From an uncultured delta proteobacterium (GTDB lineage: Bacteria; Desulfobacterota; WTBG01; CAIYCZ01; CAIRTM01), in assembly GCA_963804955.1 (NCBI GenBank), contig CAWDSQ010000026.1, positions 32,001 through 96,000 of the forward strand: 64,000 nt of DNA. Direction: 5' to 3'. The translations under genes and the position numbers were made by a program. Position 1 is the stretch's first letter, and every line of letters begins with the position of its first letter. Under the pieces are notes generated by a model that had not been told where the DNA came from, searched no databases, and was given only the letters and a program-made list of their open reading frames with translations. Positions 10,583 through 21,153 of the stretch are shown here, in pieces.

Positions 10583-10999
10583 TCAATATGGGTGTTGTAT
10601 GTCTTTGGAAGTAAAGGTATGGTTCCTCACCTTGAAAACGGATGAATGATTTTTTTTCCATTTTTTCAATTGCAGTGCATCAGACCCCGCCAGCCTTCTG
10701 ACTAAGCCAATGGGTGTAACCAGAATGAAAAAAAGTATGCTGAGAACAACTTTCGACATCACCGTGCCCAGCACATGCGACAAACCGAACCAGAGCCTGC
10801 CTACAGGCTTGTAGACAGCAGGCCAGGTCATATCAACAAGCAGAAGCAGGATGGCGGCGCCGATAAAGCTCTGTTTATGGCCGAAATAGCCTATCAGCAA
10901 ACAGATAAGCACCATTGCCATGCCGGTATCTTTTGCCTGATCACGGGTTATATGTTTTGGCATAAAGCCGGCCGCATTTTTCAATGTGATATCGATCAT
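10583..10999 (-). CDS. SxtJ-family membrane protein
   Basis: W..L...LG.VMS..VL...FF..VTPIGL..RL.G.D.L pattern ending in HPY; upstream of the SxtK-like and carbamoyltransferase genes. Confidence 0.85.
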   Translation of the reverse strand: MIDITLKNAAGFMPKHITRDQAKDTGMAMVLICLLIGYFGHKQSFIGAAILLLLVDMTWPAVYKPVGRLWFGLSHVLGTVMSKVVLSILFFILVTPIGLVRRLAGSDALQLKKWKKNHSSVFKVRNHTFTSKDIQHPY

Positions 11000-11150
11000 A
11001 TAGTTCTCTGTGCGTTTAATTTCTATTGCGTTGCGGAGCATTGCTGTCCGCATAACAGACTAGTCGCATTATGCATGACTAATTTGTTATAATACAACCC
11101 ATCACGTATTTTTACAAAAAGAAAATTCCGGCAGGAAACAGCCCTGGACA

Positions 11151-12467
11151 TCATGTCTTCTTACGGCTTTCCTTCTTTTTTTTCTGTACATACTCCATCC
11201 GCTCCTTGATGATCTTTTCATAGCCACGGTCACTCGGATAGTAAAACTTTCTGCCCTGCAGCTCTTCCGGCAGACAGTCCATATCAACAATGCCGTCGGC
11301 ATAATCATGGGCGTATTTATAGCCCTTGCCGTAATCAAGGCTCTTCATGAGCGAGGTCGGGGCATTCCGGATATGCAGCGGCACGGGCAAAGCGCCTGAT
11401 TGCTCAACGGCCTGCGCGGCCCGGCTATAGGCAGTATACAGAGCATTGCTTTTGGGCGCTGTGGCCATATAGATGGTTGCCTGGGCAAGGGCCAGCTTTC
11501 CTTCAGGAAGGCCGATAAAATGAAATGCTTCTTTTGCTTCAAGGGCTATCTGCAGGGCCTTGGGGTCGGCATTGCCGATATCTTCACTGGCAAAGCGCAC
11601 AAGCCGCCGGGCGATATACAGGGGATCCTCGCCTGCCTCAAGCATGCGCGCGAGCCAGTACAGCGATGCATCGGCATCGCTGTTGCGCATGCTTTTGTGC
11701 AAGGCGGAAATGATATTATAGTGCTCTTCGCCCGCCTTGTCATACATCAGCATCTTTTTCTGAAGGGCTTCTTCAACAATATCGCGTGTCAGCTCGCGTG
11801 ATTCCGTTGTATCCGGGTGGGCTATGCCTGCCGCAATCTCAAGCGTATTGAGCGCCACGCGGGCATCGCCCTGAGAAAATGCAATAATATATTCAAGGAC
11901 CTCCCCGGAAGCATGCGCGTTAAGCTGCCCGAGCCCCCTTTCCTCATCGGCAAGCGCCCGCTGCAGTATTGTTTTCAGGTTTGCATCAGTCAGGGGCTTT
12001 AACACCAGCACCTTTGTGCGGGACAAAAGCGGTGAGATCACCTCAAAGGAGGGGTTCTCGGTTGTTGCGCCGAAAAAGACGATATCACCGCGCTCCACAT
12101 GCGGCAGAAAGGCATCCTGCTGCGCCTTGTTGAACCGGTGAATCTCATCGACAAACAGAATCGTGCGGCGGCCATGGGCTTTTTTATTGAGAATTGCCTG
12201 AGAGACAATCTCCCGTACTTCCTTGATGCTTGAAGTGACAGCGCTTAAGGGCATAAAAAGCGACTGCGAGGCATTGGCGATGATATGCGCAAGCGTTGTT
12301 TTGCCTGTGCCGGGAGGGCCCCAGAGGATGATGGAGTACAGCTCTGCGCCTTCCATCATCCGGCGCAGCAGCTTGTTTTTTCCAAGCAAATGCTCCTGCC
12401 CGACATATTCTTCAAGCCGGCCGGGCCGCATGCGCTCTGAAAGCGGTATATTTAAATCAACCACCAC
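11151..12467 (-). CDS. rarA: Replication-associated recombination protein A (RarA/MgsA)
   Basis: PLSERMRP, WGPPGTGKTT, FVDEIHRFNKAQQD, ATTENPSF, ISALHKSMR.SD, ASEDIGNADP. Confidence 0.96.
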   Translation of the reverse strand: MVVDLNIPLSERMRPGRLEEYVGQEHLLGKNKLLRRMMEGAELYSIILWGPPGTGKTTLAHIIANASQSLFMPLSAVTSSIKEVREIVSQAILNKKAHGRRTILFVDEIHRFNKAQQDAFLPHVERGDIVFFGATTENPSFEVISPLLSRTKVLVLKPLTDANLKTILQRALADEERGLGQLNAHASGEVLEYIIAFSQGDARVALNTLEIAAGIAHPDTTESRELTRDIVEEALQKKMLMYDKAGEEHYNIISALHKSMRNSDADASLYWLARMLEAGEDPLYIARRLVRFASEDIGNADPKALQIALEAKEAFHFIGLPEGKLALAQATIYMATAPKSNALYTAYSRAAQAVEQSGALPVPLHIRNAPTSLMKSLDYGKGYKYAHDYADGIVDMDCLPEELQGRKFYYPSDRGYEKIIKERMEYVQKKKKESRKKT

Positions 12468-12554
12468 GTGCTTTCCGCAATACGGTTGCGATTTTACCTG
12501 TAAACAGGTATTTACTTATTAGCAGGTTGAACCATCAAGCGCAAGCTCTTCAAC

Positions 12555-12670
12555 AGAAGTCAGGAGTCAGAAGTCAGAAGTCAGAAGTCAGAAAATCAAA
12601 AAGCTTAGTTCTAATTGTAAATCAAGAAGTTTTTTTATTCTGGATTCTGGATGCTGAATTCTGGCTTCTA
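12555..12670. repeat. Inverted arrays of 7-bp repeats (AGAAGTC... / ...TTCTGGA)
   Basis: Same arrangement at 28051-28340, 31957-32112 and 48231-48358. Confidence 0.8.
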
Positions 12671-12690
12671 TATGTAAGGAATTGAACAAC

Positions 12691-13318
12691 ATGCTTCTCT
12701 ATCTTCTGCAGGGACTTAACTCTTGGCCTGTCGGCAGCGGCCACACCGGGACCGTTTCAGGCCTTTCTGCTCAGCCAGAGCGCCCGTATCGGCTGGCGCC
12801 GCACGCCTGCCTGCTGCATTCTCTCCTCTGATAACCGACGGGCCTATTATTGTGCTCATGGTGCTCGTCCTCACAAGCATGCCGGGCTGGCTTCTTGAAG
12901 CCTTCGACTTGCAGGCGGGCTTTTTCTGCTCTATCTTGCACGAACAGCTTTTATGACGGCACGGCAAAAGCCTGATTTGAGCCATCTATCTGCACGAACC
13001 GGCTGCAAACAGCATTCTTCAGGCTGCTCCTAAATCTCTTAAACCCCAACCCCTATATTTTCTGGAGCCTTGTGGGCGGGCCCGTGCTCCTTGAGTGCTG
13101 GCACAAGGGCCTGCCGTATTGCCTTGCCTTTCTGGGAGGCATGTACGGCAGCGCTGATCGGCGGCTGCGCCTGCCTCGTCATTCTCTTTGCAACAGCCGC
13201 ACGCCTGGAAGCATCGGTCAACCGGGCCCTGCTCGCACTATCGGCTGCGGCCCTTGCCCTGTTCGGCTGCTATCAGCTCTTTGCCGCTCTCAGCACAATT
13301 ATTCGCCATTTCTCATAA
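12691..13318 (+). pseudogene. LysE-family translocator, multiply frameshifted
   Basis: Fragments MLLYLLQGL / LGLSAAATPGPFQAFL / PLITDGPII / LNPNPYIFW lie in different frames. Confidence 0.65.
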
Positions 13319-13385
13319 AACAATAGGTATCCGGCTGGCTCTTGGGCTATAATACGCCCCTCATTAACCCATAGCGAAAAATCCT

Positions 13386-15896
13386 ATGAAAAACGATCTG
13401 GAACAGCTATTGCCCTTTGTCAGCAAAGCAAGCCGGTATCTGGGCAATGAAATAAACGCCGTCAAAAAAGACCCCGAAACGGTCGATCTGACCTTTGCCT
13501 TTGCCTTCCCCGATGTGTATGAGGTCGGCATGTCGCACCTGGGGCTGCAGATACTCTACCATGTGCTCAACAGCATGCCGGGCATTGCCTGCGAGCGGGC
13601 CTTTGCGCCATGGCCCGACGATATGGAAGCTGAAATGAAGGCTGCGGGGCTGCCCCTTGCAACCCTTGAATCGGGCATACCGCTGCGGCAGTGCGACATT
13701 GTGGGCTTTTCCCTTGAATACGAGCTCTGCTATGCCACGGTGCTGCGCATGCTGGACCTGTCCGGCATACCGCTCAAAGCCGCCGCGCGGGACAGCTCCT
13801 GGCCCCTTGTCATTGCAGGCGGGCCGAGCACCTGCAATCCCGAGCCGGTGGCCGATTTCTTCGATGCCTTTGTAATCGGAGAGGGGGAAGAGGTGCTGCC
13901 TGAACTGTGCCGGGCATATCTGAAATGGAAGAAGTCGGGCGGCGATAAAACAGCCCTTCTTGAAGCGCTGGCCGGTATTGCCGGCATCTATGTGCCATCG
14001 TTTTTCTCCATCTCCTATAATGATGATGCAACCATAGGGCGGATTACCCCCCTGAAAAAGGGCTACGATCATGTTGACAAGCGCATCATCACCGATTTCA
14101 GCCATGCGCCCTGGTGCTCGAAGCCGATTGTGCCCTATATGCAGGTCATCCATGACCGCGCGGGCATAGAAATAGCCCGCGGCTGCACCCGGGGCTGCAG
14201 GTTTTGCATGGCGGGCATGATCTACCGGCCGGTGCGCGAAAAAAGCGTCGACCGCCTCTGCGAACTCAGCCGCGAAACCCTTGCCGGCAGCGGCTATGAG
14301 GAGCTGGGGCTTCTGTCTCTCAGCTCCGGCGACTACAGCGGCATACAGCCCCTGCTGGGCGCGCTGATACGGGAGCACCGCAGCAAAAAAATCGCCATGT
14401 CGCTGCCGTCGCTGCGGGTCGAGTCGCTCACGGCCGAGCTGATTGAAGAAATCAAGCAGATCCGAAAAACCGGTTTCACCATAGCCCCCGAGGCAGGCAC
14501 GCAGCGCCTGCGCGACGCCATCAATAAGGGTTTTACGGATAATGATATACTCTCAACGGCCACACGTATATTTGCCGCCGGGTGGAACCTCGTGAAGCTC
14601 TACTTTATGATTGGGCTGCCCACAGAGACAACTGAAGACATTGACGGCATTGTGGAGCTGTGCCGCGCAATAGGCCGCCTTGACCGGCGCAAAAACCTGA
14701 ATGTCAGCATCTCCACATTTGTCCCCAAGCCCCATACGCCCTTCCAGTGGGACGCCTTTGAGCCTGCCGGCAGCATTCTTGACAAGCAGCATTATCTCAA
14801 AGACAGCCTGCGCAGCAGAACCGTCAAAGTAACCTATCACGATCACCGCCTGAGCCTTCTCGAAGCTGTTTTTTCACGCGGCGACCGTCGCCTTGCCGAC
14901 GTGCTTGTGCAGGCCCACAGCCTGGGTGCGGGCTATGATGCATGGAGCGAGCATTTCGACCATCTGCTCTGGGAGCAGGCATTCAAAAAAGCCGGCATCG
15001 ATACGGCATTCTACCTGAAAGAGCGCGCCACAGATGAACTGCTGCCATGGGATCATATCAGCTACGGCGTCACAAAGGCCTATCTTCTGAGCGAGCGTGA
15101 AAAGGCCCTCCGCGGAGAGACGACCCCCGACTGCCGCAGCGGCCAGTGCAGCGGCTGCGGCGTCTGCGACGGCGAAGCGGTGAAGCCTGAAATAAATCCT
15201 CCCGCACCAGAGATGCCGCCGCATGCGCTCCGTGACATGCACCCTGAGCCCGACCCTTTCCGCTACCGCCTTGCCTATACGAAAGAAGGCGCGGCCCGCT
15301 TCATAAGCCATCTTGAGTTCAGTTCAAGCTTTGCCCGCGCCCTGCGCCGGGCCGGCCTGCCGCTGCGGTATTCTCAGGGGTTTCATCCCCTGCCCCGCGT
15401 GACCTTTCACGAGGCGCTGCCCGTCGGCCTGGAGAGCAGCTACGCGCTGTGTGATATTGAGCTGACTGAGCCTGTGCCCGCAGGAGATATACTCCACAAG
15501 CTGAATCGTGAGCTGCCAGGCGGCATTACTATCCTCACGGTTGAAGAAAATGTTTTGAAAAGAGCCGCGCCCCCTGATACAATAAAAAAGTACCGGGTCA
15601 TGTTGCCTGAAAATCCCGGGCTGCACTTTCCCGGCACTGACCTGCTTGCCCGCAGCATTGCCGACTTTCACGCCCGCGGAAGCTGGGTGCTGCAGGTTGA
15701 GAAAAAAGACCGGGCCGTAGAGGTCGATCTGAAAAAAATCATCCTGGAAATTGCTCTTGATGCTGACGGAAAAATTCTCATGACCCTTGATGCCGCCGGT
15801 CACAGCATGCCGAAAATTTCAAATATTATGGCCGTTCTGTTCGGGCTTGGCAACAGGGAACAAAAATCACTGCTCATTACGAAAATAAAATCATGA
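13386..15896 (+). CDS. TIGR03960-type radical SAM protein fused to a C-terminal radical-SAM-linked (TIGR03936/DUF2344) domain
   Basis: FPDVYEVGMSHLG, EIARGCTRGCRFC, APEAGTQRLR, FVPKPHTPFQW; C-terminal RFISHLE...RALRRA..P..YSQGFHP; upstream of rng. Confidence 0.92.
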   Translation: MKNDLEQLLPFVSKASRYLGNEINAVKKDPETVDLTFAFAFPDVYEVGMSHLGLQILYHVLNSMPGIACERAFAPWPDDMEAEMKAAGLPLATLESGIPLRQCDIVGFSLEYELCYATVLRMLDLSGIPLKAAARDSSWPLVIAGGPSTCNPEPVADFFDAFVIGEGEEVLPELCRAYLKWKKSGGDKTALLEALAGIAGIYVPSFFSISYNDDATIGRITPLKKGYDHVDKRIITDFSHAPWCSKPIVPYMQVIHDRAGIEIARGCTRGCRFCMAGMIYRPVREKSVDRLCELSRETLAGSGYEELGLLSLSSGDYSGIQPLLGALIREHRSKKIAMSLPSLRVESLTAELIEEIKQIRKTGFTIAPEAGTQRLRDAINKGFTDNDILSTATRIFAAGWNLVKLYFMIGLPTETTEDIDGIVELCRAIGRLDRRKNLNVSISTFVPKPHTPFQWDAFEPAGSILDKQHYLKDSLRSRTVKVTYHDHRLSLLEAVFSRGDRRLADVLVQAHSLGAGYDAWSEHFDHLLWEQAFKKAGIDTAFYLKERATDELLPWDHISYGVTKAYLLSEREKALRGETTPDCRSGQCSGCGVCDGEAVKPEINPPAPEMPPHALRDMHPEPDPFRYRLAYTKEGAARFISHLEFSSSFARALRRAGLPLRYSQGFHPLPRVTFHEALPVGLESSYALCDIELTEPVPAGDILHKLNRELPGGITILTVEENVLKRAAPPDTIKKYRVMLPENPGLHFPGTDLLARSIADFHARGSWVLQVEKKDRAVEVDLKKIILEIALDADGKILMTLDAAGHSMPKISNIMAVLFGLGNREQKSLLITKIKS

Positions 15897-17416
15897 CAGC
15901 AGAGCTCATCGTCAATGTAACCTCATCCGAAACGCGCGTCGCTCTTCTGGAGAACGGCATGCTGGCCGAGCTGCATATCGAGCGCGAATCAGACAAAGGC
16001 ATAGCAGGCAATATCTATAAAGGCCGCGTGCAAAGAGTGCTGCCCGGCATGCAGGCCGCCTTTGTCGAAATCGGCCTTGCCCGTTCGGCTTTTCTCTATG
16101 TCGATGATGTGTATACGGACAACAAGGACTTCGAATCCATGTTTACCGTATTCAAGGATGAGCAGGAGGAGGTAGAGGTCGGCGAAGGCCCCGGCGTCCG
16201 TGAACATGCACCTTCCCCGCCCATCGAGGACATGCTGTCGGACGGCCGCGAGATCATGGTTCAGGTCATTAAAGAGCCCCTCGGCACCAAAGGCGCACGC
16301 ATTTCGTCATATATATCCCTGCCGGGGCGCTATCTGGTCTATCTGCCGACCATTGCCCATATCAGCATCTCACGCCGCATAACCGATGAAACCGAGCGCA
16401 GCCGTCTGAAGGAAATCGTGCAGCGCATCAAACCGCCAGGCAGCGGCTTTATCATCCGCACGGCAAGCGAGGACGCAACGGAGGAGGAGCTGGCCTCGGA
16501 TATGGACTTTCTCATCAAGCTCTGGGCCAATATTCAGATCCGCATGAAAACAGCGCCGACGCCGACGATGCTGCACGAAGACCTGAGCATCGCCCTGCGC
16601 GCCATACGGGATCTCTACAGCAAAAACGTGAAAAAACTCGTTGTCGACTGCCCGGAAACCTATGCCGGCATCATCCGCTTCATCGAAACCTTCATGCCGC
16701 AGCTGAAATATTCCGTTGAGCTCTATGAGGGCGACAAACCTGTTTTCGATAATTACGGCTTTGAAGTGGAAATCAGCAGGGCTCTGGGCAGAAACATCTG
16801 GCTCAAATCCGGGGGCTATATTGTAATCGAAGACACAGAGGCCCTGGTTGCCATCGATGTCAATACCGGCAGGTATGTCGGTAAAGGCAACCAGAACGAT
16901 ACAATCGTGAAAACCAACCTTGAGGCAGTCAAGGAAATCGCCTACCAGATTCGCCTGCGCAACCTCGGCGGCATCATCATCATCGATTTTATCGACATGG
17001 AGCGCAAAGCGGATCGCGAAGCGGTTCTAAACGCGCTGCAGGAAGCGCTCAAAAAGGACCGCGCAAAAACCAATGTGGCAAACATATCGGAGCTTGGGCT
17101 TGTGCAGATGACGCGCAAGCGGGTGCGGGAAAATCTGAGCGGCCATCTCTGCGACCCGTGCCCGTACTGCGAAGGCAGGGGCCGCATCAGGGGCATCCCG
17201 GCCATAGCCTATGAAATTTTGCGCACTATCAGGAAGGAAGTGCGCACGCCGCTCATACAGACAATCACGGCAGCCGTGCACCCCGATATTGCAGCATTCC
17301 TCTACGATGAAGAACGATCGGCAATCGAAGACCTTGAAAAAAAGCAGAAGAAAAAAATCATCATAAAAGCCGACCCCGCCTACCACCACGAAAAATACAC
17401 CATACAGTCCGCCTGA
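15893..17416 (+). CDS. rng: Ribonuclease G (Rne/Rng family)
   Basis: GNIYKGRVQRVLPGMQAAFV, KEPLGTKGAR, AIDVNTG, LRNLGGIIIIDFIDM, CPYCEG. Confidence 0.95.
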   Translation: MTAELIVNVTSSETRVALLENGMLAELHIERESDKGIAGNIYKGRVQRVLPGMQAAFVEIGLARSAFLYVDDVYTDNKDFESMFTVFKDEQEEVEVGEGPGVREHAPSPPIEDMLSDGREIMVQVIKEPLGTKGARISSYISLPGRYLVYLPTIAHISISRRITDETERSRLKEIVQRIKPPGSGFIIRTASEDATEEELASDMDFLIKLWANIQIRMKTAPTPTMLHEDLSIALRAIRDLYSKNVKKLVVDCPETYAGIIRFIETFMPQLKYSVELYEGDKPVFDNYGFEVEISRALGRNIWLKSGGYIVIEDTEALVAIDVNTGRYVGKGNQNDTIVKTNLEAVKEIAYQIRLRNLGGIIIIDFIDMERKADREAVLNALQEALKKDRAKTNVANISELGLVQMTRKRVRENLSGHLCDPCPYCEGRGRIRGIPAIAYEILRTIRKEVRTPLIQTITAAVHPDIAAFLYDEERSAIEDLEKKQKKKIIIKADPAYHHEKYTIQSA

Positions 17417-17589
17417 TACGGCCTGTTTCACGCGCACGGCCAGCTGAAAGCACTGTTGCCGGAAACCCCGGCAGGGCAGCTCCAGCGATGCTGCCGGGGC
17501 AGGCGCTTCATGCCTGAGTCAGAACATGTTTGGACAGAGATGCATAAATTTAGTATACAGGTCGGTATGATTACTTATTTTTTGATTCT

Positions 17590-17730
17590 TAGAGTGTTTT
17601 TTAAAATCCCAAACTGCCACCCTGAGTGATACGAAAGGTTTCAAGCCATACTGAAACGGCGAAATTCTTTCCGCCGCGGCGGACGCATACTGACAACTAT
17701 ATTGTTTTTTGACGTATAAAAAACGCTCTT
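17590..17730. mobile_element. MITE-like element, imperfect TIR TAGAGTGTTTTTT / AAAAAACGCTCT
   Basis: Inverted termini resemble the TAGAGC-type shells elsewhere in the window. Confidence 0.5.
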
Positions 17731-17749
17731 ACCTGCTGGAGCTTTAACC

Positions 17750-18725
17750 ATGTCACCTGACACAAGACAGTATGTACAGGCCGTGCTTGCGCGCAACCGG
17801 CGCATGGTGGCAAAAGCCATCACGCTGATCGAAAGCTCATTGCCCGAGCACCAGGAGCAGGCGCGCGGCATTCTCAACGAACTGCTGCCCCATACCGGCA
17901 CTGCCATACGGGTCGGCATCACGGGTGTGCCCGGCGCGGGCAAAAGCACCTTCATAGAAAGCCTGGGAATACACCTGCTGGAAAAGGGCCATAGGGTAGC
18001 GGTGCTGGCCGTTGACCCCAGCAGCAAGCGCAGCGGCGGCAGTCGTGCTTGCCGATAAAACCCGCATGGAAAAGCTTGCAGCGCGCACGGAGGCATTCAT
18101 CCGGCCTTCACCTTCCGGTGGAACGCTGGGAGGTGTGGCTCAAAAAACACGGGAAGCATCCCTCGTCTGCGAGGCTGCAGGTTTTGATATCATCATCATT
18201 GAAACCGTGGGTGTCGGCCAGTCGGAAACTGCCGTAGCATCCATGGTGGACTTTTTTCTCATGCTCATGATTGCCGGCGCGGGAGATGAACTGCAGGGAA
18301 TAAAAAAGGGGATTCTTGAACTGGTGGATGCACTTGTCATCAACAAGGCCGATGGCGACAATATCCCGAAGGTGCAGCGCGCGCAGCATGATTATGCCGC
18401 CGCCATGCATTTCCTGAGACCGGCAACTCCCACATGGACGCCCCCCGTGCTGACCTGCTCAGCCCTTGAAACCACAGGTATTGAAACGGTGTGGCAGACA
18501 GTTCTTGATCACCGGAGGCAGCTTTCCGAAACCGGTGAGCTGGAGGAAAGACGGCGAGGCCAGGCACTGGACTGGATGTGGATGCTGATTGAAGAAGGCT
18601 TGAAAGAAAAATTCCGCGCGAACCCGAAAATCAAAAAGCTGCTTCCCCGCATCATACGGGATATCGAAAAAGGCCTTGTATCGCCCAACGGAGGCGGCAG
18701 GAGAACTGCTCAAGCTGATGGATAA
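17750..18725 (+). CDS. meaB: Methylmalonyl-CoA mutase-associated GTPase MeaB (frameshift near 18045)
   Basis: [55 protein letters not shown]. Confidence 0.93.
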
Positions 18726-18773
18726 TCAGTCAGCCGGGTAAATCTCCCACGGTTCGCCACGATGCCCCCTGAT

Positions 18774-19568
18774 TCAGGCGCTCAACTGCATGGGCTGGCA
18801 CATATTCCTTGGAGCCGCAAGGCCCGACTGGTCCCGGAGCATGCCATAGATACGGTCGGCAAGAGCAAAAAGATTCACCGTGTCGCAGCGGTTATAGCTG
18901 ATCAGCAGATCAAGGGCTGCGGCATCGCCTTTTTTTGCGGTTTTCCAGAGCTTGATGGCATCATAGCCGTTCAATCCCTGAACAGAATCCTCTCGCGGTA
19001 TACCAAACTGGTCTTCAAGCTTTTTAAGCCCCCCTTTGAGCCCTGCCCGCTTGCCGGCAAAAGAAAGATCAAAATGCGGCATGGTAAACCTGACTCCCAG
19101 CGTTTGATTCAGAAACGGAATATCAAAGCCGGAGCCGAAAAATGTTATGAGATATTTGTAGCGGGACAGCTCATGCTCGAGACTTTCTTTGGTTAAATCC
19201 CGGCCTTTCACTAAAGAGGTATACTGAAAGCCGTCATAGAGCCCGACCACTGTGGGATAGCCTCCTGCGGCCGGCGTGTACCCGTTTGACTCAATGTCCA
19301 GAGCTACGGCGAACTTGCGAAAATCAGGGAACAGCCGCCAGTGCTCCTTGCCGCGCAGAGCTTTTGCAAAAAACTGCTCATCCTCCAGGTCAAGATGAGC
19401 CGCTGCCTGATGCACGCGCTCATCATAAAACCGTTTTCTTTCAAGCCCTAAAAACACTATTTCATCAGCCGCCAGAAAATCCTCCCAGCAGCGTATGCCG
19501 TTTTCCCAAAGCCTGCGCTCGAGCTTTTCGCCGATTCCCTGAAATATGCTGAAACTGTTTCGTATCAT
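18774..19568 (-). CDS. RNase H-like (YprB/DnaQ-like) exonuclease domain protein
   Basis: N-terminal GIG HhH-like segment, ALDIES, TFFGSGFDIPFL, GGLKKLE, YN..D. Confidence 0.8.
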   Translation of the reverse strand: MIRNSFSIFQGIGEKLERRLWENGIRCWEDFLAADEIVFLGLERKRFYDERVHQAAAHLDLEDEQFFAKALRGKEHWRLFPDFRKFAVALDIESNGYTPAAGGYPTVVGLYDGFQYTSLVKGRDLTKESLEHELSRYKYLITFFGSGFDIPFLNQTLGVRFTMPHFDLSFAGKRAGLKGGLKKLEDQFGIPREDSVQGLNGYDAIKLWKTAKKGDAAALDLLISYNRCDTVNLFALADRIYGMLRDQSGLAAPRNMCQPMQLSA

Positions 19569-19671
19569 GAAGGCATAACCTCTTTCTTGTACTGACTCTA
19601 CAGAAGCCGACCGGATGTGTCAAGCTCATAGAGCCCTGGATCAGCAGATAGGCACTCCTCACATAAGGAAT

Positions 19672-19700
19672 TTGACCCTTTCATGCAAAAATGATATAGA
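19672..19700 (+). promoter_or_regulatory. Putative sigma70 promoter upstream of trpS
   Basis: TTGACC-17 nt-TATAGA with extended TG. Confidence 0.45.
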
Positions 19701-19942
19701 GTTTACAACATGTTAAAACCTGACGATGTGCAAAGCACTGAAGCCCATCATGCACGTCAGAGCCGGCGGAGTCTCAGGAAACTTCTCAGGCGTTTTAAAT
19801 CTCACGCACTGCTGCCATCTGCAAAATTTTGATTAAATATTTCGGATTGCAAGCACCCCTTCTGGAAACGGTATGTACAACCATCTGAACATCCTCGTTC
19901 AGCAAACTGACCTGAAAACACCAACAAGGAAACGGACTGGCT

Positions 19943-20924
19943 ATGAGCAAAAAACGGATTTTAAGCGGCATTCAACCAACAGGAATAGCTCATATAGGCA
20001 ATTATGTGGGCGCCATCAAGAACTGGGTGGCCCTCACCGAGCGCTACGACTGCATATTTTTCATCGCAGACCTTCATGCCATGACCATTGAATATGAGCC
20101 TGCGGCATATCTCCAGGGCATCATCAATACGGCACGCACCCTCATCGCCTGCGGTCTTACGCCCGAGCGGTGCACGCTTTTTGTCCAGTCACAGGTGCCG
20201 GGGCATACCGATCTTGCCTGGATATTCAACTGCCTGACCCCCCTTGGCGATCTTGAGCGCATGACGCAGTTCAAGGACAAGTCAGACCAGCACCGCGAAA
20301 ACATTAATGCGGGGCTGCTCACCTACCCCATTCTGCAGGCTGCCGATATCCTGCTGTACAAAGCCGAGGTTGTGCCGGTTGGCGAAGACCAGGTTCAGCA
20401 TATTGAGCTGACGCGCCGCACGGCCCGCAGGTTCAACAACCGCTTCGGCGAAACGTTTCCCGAGCCCATGTGGGAGCTGTCGGTCACGCCGCGCATACTG
20501 GGCACTGACGGGCAGGCCAAAATGTCCAAATCTCTTAACAACTATATAGGCATTCTCGAACCGGCAGAGACGATATGGGAAAAGCTGCGCACCGCTGCAA
20601 CCGACCCGCAGCGCATACGAAGAAAGGACCCGGGAGACCCGGATCTGTGCAATCTGTTCACCATGCATAAGTCGTTTACTCCGCCGGAACTCCTGCCGCA
20701 GATAGCCACGGCAATGCAAAGGAGCGGAGATCGGCTGCATTGAGTGTAAAAAAATACTCTACGAAAACATACTGAAGGAACTCGGCCCCATTCAGGAGCG
20801 CGCCGCAGCCCTTGAAAACAAGCCCGGCGACGTGCTTGCCATTTTGGAAACCGGGGCAGAGCGGTGTAAAAAGATAGCCTCGCAGGTCATGGACGAAGTA
20901 CGCAGCAAAGCAGGAATCCGCTAA
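19943..20924 (+). CDS. trpS: Tryptophan--tRNA ligase (frameshift near 20712)
   Basis: SGIQPTG..HIGNY, RMTQFKDK, YPILQAADIL, VPVGEDQ.QH, KMSKS; C-terminus CKGAEIGCIECKK...KAGIR* in the next frame. Confidence 0.96.
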
Positions 20925-20945
20925 ATTTCGGATTGCCGACAACCC

Positions 20946-21124
20946 TAAAGAATTTTTTACTATAGACGGTTTAACTATTCTGTCATCTCGACCGCAGGGA
21001 GAGATCTTAGGCTCAATTACAACCAAGGTGTTCAGATTGATGCGCAATCGCGCAACCTGCGGACTCATCCGCCTTCGGCGGATTCGAAATGACAATGGGG
21101 TCCACCATTTAAAAAAATGCTCTA
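20946..21124. mobile_element. ~175-bp MITE/REP composite (second copy at 44712-44885)
   Basis: Both copies share TGTCATCTCGACCGCAGGGAGAGATCTT ... TCGAAATGACAATG...TCCACC...GCTCTA. Confidence 0.75.
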
Positions 21125-21153
21125 AAATCGGAAATCAGCATGCGAGTGCGGCC

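Noticed and set aside
8549..10999. Saxitoxin biosynthesis cluster
   Set aside because: Only sxtI/J/K-like genes are present; no sxtA, sxtG or other core genes.
13407..15803. Long antisense ORFs opposite real genes (also 6057-6944, 39330-40001, 47320-48111, 48274-49116)
   Set aside because: Shadow frames expected in GC-rich coding DNA; no motifs.
17750..18725. meaB without an adjacent mutase as a novel system
   Set aside because: meaB is often unlinked from its mutase; nothing else unusual here.
19700..19942. T-box or Trp attenuator in the long trpS leader
   Set aside because: No T-box consensus, no clear terminator and no Trp-codon leader peptide found.
21028..21153. N-terminal extension of the phosphodiesterase ORF
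   Set aside because: The extension runs through a MITE/REP; the likely start is ATG 21154.
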